Source of the DNA: Octopus sinensis
Lineage: Eukaryota
Direction: 5' to 3'
Assembly: GCF_006345805.1 (NCBI RefSeq)
Contig: NW_021825964.1
Span: forward strand, 1 to 13,956
DNA: 13,956 nucleotides
Shown here: one piece after another, positions 9,296 through 13,956 of the stretch
Layout: every line of letters begins with the position of its first letter
How positions within the stretch are numbered: the first letter of the stretch is position 1
The notes under the pieces: model-generated
Told to the model about the DNA's origin: nothing
Databases searched by the model: none
The model's input: the letters and a program-made list of their open reading frames with translations, nothing else
Made by a program: the position numbers and the translations under genes

Positions 9296-9654
9296 CATAC
9301 ATACATACATACATACACACATACATAGATACATACATTGATACATACATACATACATACATACATACACACATGCATACATACATACATACATACATAC
9401 ATACATACATTGATACATACATACATACATACATTGACACATACATACATACATTGATACATACATGCATACATACATACATTGATACATACATAATACA
9501 TACATACATGCATACTTACATACATACATACATACTTACATACATACATATTTACATACATACATTGATACATACATACATACATACATACATACATACA
9601 TACATACATACATACATACATACATACATAAATACATACATACACACATGCATG
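9296..9654. repeat. (CATA)n array, probably the tandem tail of the adjacent RTE fragment
   Basis: Directly visible; begins immediately 3' (minus strand) of the RTE end. Confidence 0.95.
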
Positions 9655-10212
9655 TATTTTGTCCGTCGACGCGACGAAGACCATCTGGTCATCCTGGGGT
9701 GGGGGTGGGCTTGTTTTGTGAGTCTACAGATGGCTAGTGAAGCCAATCTGCTCCCGAAAGAGTCTTTGACAGTGTGGACAGGGAATGGTAGCACCCGCTA
9801 CAGGGTTGTTAGCTCTGTTCTTCCTGGCTTGTCTGCGGCAGCGATCCTATTGGTCTCGCATGTGTTGGCACCCTTGTGGACAGCTGATCGCCACCCTTAT
9901 CTGTCTAGAGCTGACTGGTCCCAAGTGTCATGGTCGATGTTGAAGGCTTTTAGCGTGTCCTTAAAGCGCTTCTTCTGGCCGCCTTGTGAGCGCTTTCCCT
10001 TTTGCAGCTCGCCAAAGAGCAATCTTTTGGTAATCGATCGTCTGACATGCGAGCTACGGGCCCTGTCCAGCGAAGCTGAGACTGCATCAAGATGGTATGG
10101 ATGCTGGGCAGGTTAGCACGTATTAATACCTCGGTGTCCGGGATCCTGTCCTACCACTTTACGCCGATAAGTGTTCTGAGACGTATTGTATGAAAGTGGT
10201 TCAGCTTCCTGG
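9655..10212 (-). mobile_element. RTE-clade LINE 3' fragment (ORF C-terminus), copy 1
   Basis: Minus-strand translation: RKLNHFHTIRLRTLIGVKW*DRIPDTEVLIRANLPSIHTILMQSQLRWTGPVARM, then frameshift, LLFGELQKGKRSQGGQKKRFKDTLKAFNIDHDTW, and a terminal C2H2-like CPHCQRLFREQIGFTSHL*TH. These are RTE post-RT motifs (cf. LRWAGHV.RM, LxGEL...GKR..GG.KKRFKD). Stops and frameshifts are present. Confidence 0.93.
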
Positions 10213-10304
10213 TATACATACATATATACATACATACATACATACATATATACATACATACATACATACATACATACATACATACACACACATACATACA
10301 TACA

Positions 10305-10338
<34 letters not shown>

Positions 10339-10418
10339 CACACATACATACATACATACATACATACATACATACATACATACATACATACATACAGATA
10401 TACATTCACACATACATG
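10213..10418. repeat. (TACA)n array, probably the tail of RTE copy 2
   Basis: Directly visible between the two RTE fragments. Confidence 0.95.
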
Positions 10419-10802
10419 TAGTTTGTCCATCGACGCGACGAAGACCATCTAGTCATCCTGGGGTGGGGGTGGGCTTATTTTGTGAGTCCACAGATGGCTA
10501 GTGAGGCCAATCTGCTCCCGAAAATATCTTTGAGAGTGTGGACAGGGAATGGTAGCACCCGCTACAGGGTTGTTAGCTCTGTTCTTCCTGGCTTGTCTGG
10601 GTCTTCTGCAGCAGCGATCCTATTGGTCTCGCATATGTTGACCCCCTTGTGGACAGCTGATCGCCACCCTTCTCTGTCTAGAGCAGACTGCTCCCAAGTG
10701 TCATGGTCGATGTTGAAGGCTTTCAGTGAGGCTTTGAGGGTGTCCTTAAAGCGCTTCTTCAGGCCGCCTTGTGAGCGCTTTCCCTTCTGCAGCTAGTCAA
10801 AG
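10419..10802 (-). mobile_element. RTE-clade LINE 3' fragment, copy 2 (shorter)
   Basis: Collinear with 9655-10015 and has the same 3' end. It retains 12 nt (ASLK) missing from copy 1, and its zinc-finger-like motif reads CPHS..HLWTH. Confidence 0.93.
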
Positions 10803-10811
10803 TGGATGTGT

Positions 10812-11107
10812 GGAGGCACATGGCGTAGTGGTTAGAGCAGCGGACTCGTGATCGAGGGATCGCCGGTTCGAATCTCAGACGGATGATGTGTGTGTTTATG
10901 AGCGAAACACCTAAGCACCACGCGGCTCCGGCAGAAAGTAATGGGCGAACTTCTGCTGACTCTTTCGCCACGACTTTCTCTCACTCTTTCCTCCTGCATC
11001 TTGCAACGCACCTGCGACGGACCGGTGGGGAATCTATATGCCAAGGAAACCGGGAAACCGGCCCTTATGAGCCAGGCGTGGCACGAGAAGGAACAAATAA
11101 CAACAAA
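10812..11107 (+). mobile_element. Full-length tRNA(Arg-like)-derived SINE, tail type 1 (candidate member of the octopus OR1/OR2 pair, not verified)
   Basis: A box TGGCGTAGTGG (10821-10831), B box GGTTCGAATCT (10865-10875), body shared with 12965-13143, and an (AAC)-type tail. Confidence 0.9.
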
Positions 11108-11246
11108 CTGGACCTCTTCTTTCGAAAGTTCCAGACGAACCTACATCACGGCAAGAGGTGCAAATGAGGGTAGCGACATCAAACTCCATTCTTCACCAAG
11201 TGCCACATATTAGAAGAGGCTCTCAGTTATAAAAGTGTAGCAAAAC

Positions 11247-11298
11247 GGTGGTGCCCCAGCATGGCCACAGCTCTGAGCAGAAACTAAAGAGAAGAGAA
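11247..11298 (+). mobile_element. Isolated SINE 3' tail fragment
   Basis: GGTGGTGCCCCAGCATGGCCACAG matches GGCGGTGCTCCAGCATGGCCACAG at 9234-9257. Confidence 0.7.
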
Positions 11299-11475
11299 GC
11301 TTGAGATCTCCATGGATCGCTCACTTGTATGTCATCGTTGCTACTTAGTAATTTAGATGGTCAAGGAGTGTACTTTCACTTTGTCATAGAGGTCAGTGCA
11401 ACTGTATGATTAATGGTAGCGTCAGTCGATCGAAGCACACAAATGATGTTGTTTTTTTCCACGCCATTTTCTGAT

Positions 11476-12250
11476 GTGTGGTTAAGAAGTTCGTTTTGCG
11501 AATACGTGGTTTCAGGTTCAGTTCTACGCACGGCGCGTGGGACAAATGTCTACTATAACTCCATCATAATTTCTCCTATTTTTTTAAACTTCGACTTGAC
11601 TTGTTGAAGTTTTTGGGCTGCGGCCAAGCTGAAGCTCTGTGTGTGTGTGTGTGTATTTCTCCTTCACCACCATTTAACAACCGGTGTTGCTTTGACTACG
11701 TCTCCGTAACTTAATGGCAAATGTCTGCTAAAACGCCATCATAATTTCTATTTTTTTTTTTACTTCGACTTAACTTGTTGGAGTTATTGGGCTAAAGCCA
11801 TGCTGGAGCCCTGTGTGTGTGTATGTGTGTGTTTGTGTGTGTATGTGTGTGTGTATGTGTGTGTTTGTGTGTGTATGTGTGTGTGTGTGTGTGTATGTGT
11901 GTGTTTCTCCTTCACCAGTATTTAACAACCGGTGTTGCTTTGATTACGTCTCCGTAACTTAGCGGCAAATGTCTACTGTAACTCCATCATAGTTTCTCCT
12001 GTTTTTAAAACTTTGACTTGACTCATTTGATTTTTTGGGTTGCGGCCATGCTGGAGCCCTGTGTGTGCGCGTGTTTCTCTCTCACCCTCATTTAACAACC
12101 TGTGTTGGTTTGATTACGTCTCTGTAACTTAGCGGCTTGGCAAAACAGAACGACACCATAAGTATCTGGCTTATTAAAAATATAAGTCATGGGGGCGATT
12201 TTTGCCCCCCAGCATGACCGTGGTCCAGTGACTGACACAAGAAAAAATAA
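11476..12250 (+). mobile_element. Old rearranged SINE (family of 3703-4108) with an internal tandem triplication
   Basis: Degraded head at 11476-11560, three units starting CAAATGTCT at 11543, 11718 and 11966, then the normal body and tail to about 12250. Confidence 0.85.
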
Positions 12251-12415
12251 TATATATAGCTGTTTGGCAAGAATCTTGGAATCTTGCTTCCCAACAACAT
12301 GGTTCCGGGTTCATCCCCACTGCGTGGCACCTTGGGCGAGTGTCTTCCTTTATGGCCTCGGACCTACCAAAGCCTTGTGAGTGGATTTGGCAGACGGAAA
12401 CTGATAGAAGCCCAT

Positions 12416-12474
<59 letters not shown>

Positions 12475-12476
<2 letters not shown>

Positions 12477-12635
12477 TTTATTTTCTCTCCCTCTTTCTTT
12501 CTGTTTCCTTTCTGAGGAAGAGCGTAGGCTCGAACGGTTAAAGACTTTTTCACTTCCCGAGCGTTAAACTAATACATCATTTTGTTGTCTACACCACCTG
12601 TCTTCGTCTTTTGTTGTTTTTTCGTGAATTCTCCC
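12475..12635 (+). mobile_element. 161-nt insert flanked by TA repeats and carrying a hammerhead-like motif (putative Penelope-like terminal fragment)
   Basis: Absent from the other SINE copies, which run directly from (TA)n to (TG)n and the body. Bounded by TA on both sides. Confidence 0.6.
12508..12543 (+). ncRNA. Degenerate minimal hammerhead-like motif
   Basis: CTTT-CTGAGGA(12512-12518)-A-GAGC-GTAG-GCTC-GAAC-GGT-T-AAAG. Stem I is CTTT/AAAG and stem II is a perfect 4 bp with a tetraloop. GAAA reads GAAC, so position 15.1 is lost. Confidence 0.5.
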
Positions 12636-12827
12636 TATATGTGAGTGTGTCTTTGTGTCTGTGTTTGTTTCCCTTTCGCAGTTTGACAACCGGCGTTGGT
12701 GTGTTTATGTCCCTTTAATCTAGGGGTTCGGTAAAAAAAAAATCGATAGAATAAATACCAGACATTAAAACAAAATAATAATGATGTCGATTCTTCACGG
12801 CGGTGCTCCAGCATGGATATATATATA

Positions 12828-13143
12828 TCGTGAATTTAACGTGTAAGTGGCTGAGCACTCCACAGACACGTGTACCCTTAACGTAGTTCTCGGGGATATT
12901 CAGCGTGACACAGAGAGTGACAAGGCCGGCCCTTTGAAATACAGGTACAACAGAAACAGGAAATGAGTGAGAGAAAGTTGTGGTGAAAGAGTACAGCAAG
13001 GATCACCACCATCCCCTGCCGGAGCCTCGTGGAACTTTAGGTGTTTTCGCTCAATAAACACTCACAACGCCCGGTCTGGGAATCGAAACCGCGATCCTAT
13101 GACTGCGAGTCCGATGTCCTAACCACTGGGCCATTGCGCCTCC
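12828..13143 (-). mobile_element. tRNA(Arg-like)-derived SINE, tail type 2, 3'-clipped
   Basis: A box TGGCCCAGTGG (13133-13123), B box GGTTTCGATTCCC (13090-13078). The first 180 nt align with 10812-10986; the 3' part is different. Confidence 0.9.
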
Positions 13144-13322
13144 ATATAAACATATATACATATATGCATACATCCGTTTGTACACACACACATATATATA
13201 TATATAATGTATGTGTGTATACATAAGATGTATATATAAATGTGGTGGTACATAAGACTTCCACATTTTAAATTCATTTTTAGTAGAAACGACAACCCTG
13301 CCATCACCATATTCACCCTTAG

Positions 13323-13489
13323 ACACACAGACACACACATACAACACACACACACACACACACACATACAACACACACACATACAAACAACCGACGACAA
13401 CAACAAGAAACAAATAGTGCAAGAAAACACACACACACACACAAAAAAAAAACAATTATTAGAAGATAACTATAGAAGATTACAGACAA

Positions 13490-13522
<33 letters not shown>

Positions 13523-13613
13523 AATGAATGATTAAAATGCTATAACAACAACAACAACACCACCACCACCACCAACCACCACCAACAACAACAACACCAA
13601 CAACAACGACAAC
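13323..13613. repeat. (CA)n, (ACA)n and (ACC)n microsatellite cluster
   Basis: Directly visible, with short unique interruptions. Confidence 0.93.
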
Positions 13614-13784
13614 ATAAGAAAGGCACTACTATACTGAGAACGGGGTCAGTCGTTTTAGTTGAATAACTTAATATAAGCAATCAGTCAGAAATAATGGCGG
13701 CACTGTCCGTTGCTTTGCACTAAATCCACAATAGTCAGCCAGAGATATCAAGCTGTAATCATCTCCGCTCGTCTTATTTATCAC

Positions 13785-13810
13785 CGTCGTCGTCGTCATC
13801 AGCCGCCATT

Positions 13811-13843
<33 letters not shown>

Positions 13844-13873
13844 GTCGTCGTTATTGTTGTTGTTGTTGGTTGT
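13785..13873. repeat. (GTC)n / (ATC)n / (TTG)n trinucleotide cluster
   Basis: Directly visible. Confidence 0.92.
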
Positions 13874-13956
13874 GGTTTGGTCAGTAATTTGCGAAAGAAC
13901 CCCCTGCCCGTTCCCCCCACTCCCCCGCACCGTCACCCCTCACCCCCCACCGCACA

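Larger units (their letters stand above)
12259..12816 (+). mobile_element. SINE (family of 3703-4108) split in its internal (TA)n tract and truncated at the 3' end
   Basis: Head 12259-12423, (TA)n 12424-12474, foreign insert 12475-12635, body 12641-12816 ending at GCTCCAGCATGG next to the opposite-strand SINE. Confidence 0.85.

Noticed and set aside
9373-10796. Plus-strand ORFs (247 aa and 104 aa) with similar C-terminal sequence
   Set aside because: They are the antisense reading of the two RTE fragments.
10812-10885. tRNA gene calls for the SINE heads (also 3703, 7693, 8909, 13143)
   Set aside because: No acceptor stem closure or oligo-T terminator, and each continues into a SINE body.
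11059-11092. CUUAUGA-GCC..GGC hairpin in the SINE tail as a hammerhead
   Set aside because: G5 and the GAAA box are missing; more simply a LINE-derived 3' stem-loop.
11543-12140. CRISPR-like repeat-spacer array
   Set aside because: Eukaryotic context; the units are long, degenerate and SINE-derived, and the variable part is a (TG)n tract.
1548-13527. Dozens of 60-250 aa ORFs rich in Y/I/H/T, M/Y/V/C or S/I/Y/L
   Set aside because: They are translations of (TA)n, (TACA)n, (TCTA)n and (CA)n arrays, which lack stops in some frames.

Overview
AT-rich, repeat-saturated eukaryotic intronic or intergenic DNA, most likely from an octopus. That assignment comes from my recognition of the tRNA-derived SINE families and the extreme microsatellite load; it was not checked by a search. 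No intact host gene is supportable, and almost all ORFs in the track are translations of microsatellites. The window holds one dead, 5'-truncated mariner (D34D) transposon with its right TIR, two head-to-tail 3' fragments of an RTE-clade LINE, and about a dozen SINE copies or fragments from several families. One SINE locus has an internal triplication and another is split by an insertion. The least-explained signal is four short hammerhead-ribozyme-like motifs (353-435 minus, 2550-2594 plus, 3491-3527 plus, 12508-12543 plus). Each has a different sequence, a very short and mostly palindromic stem III, and lies within about 200 nt of a (TA)n tract. One carries a compensatory U3-A8 core and one lies between diverged direct repeats. 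This fits remnants of Penelope-like or retrozyme-type elements. All four have at least one core defect, so activity is unproven.
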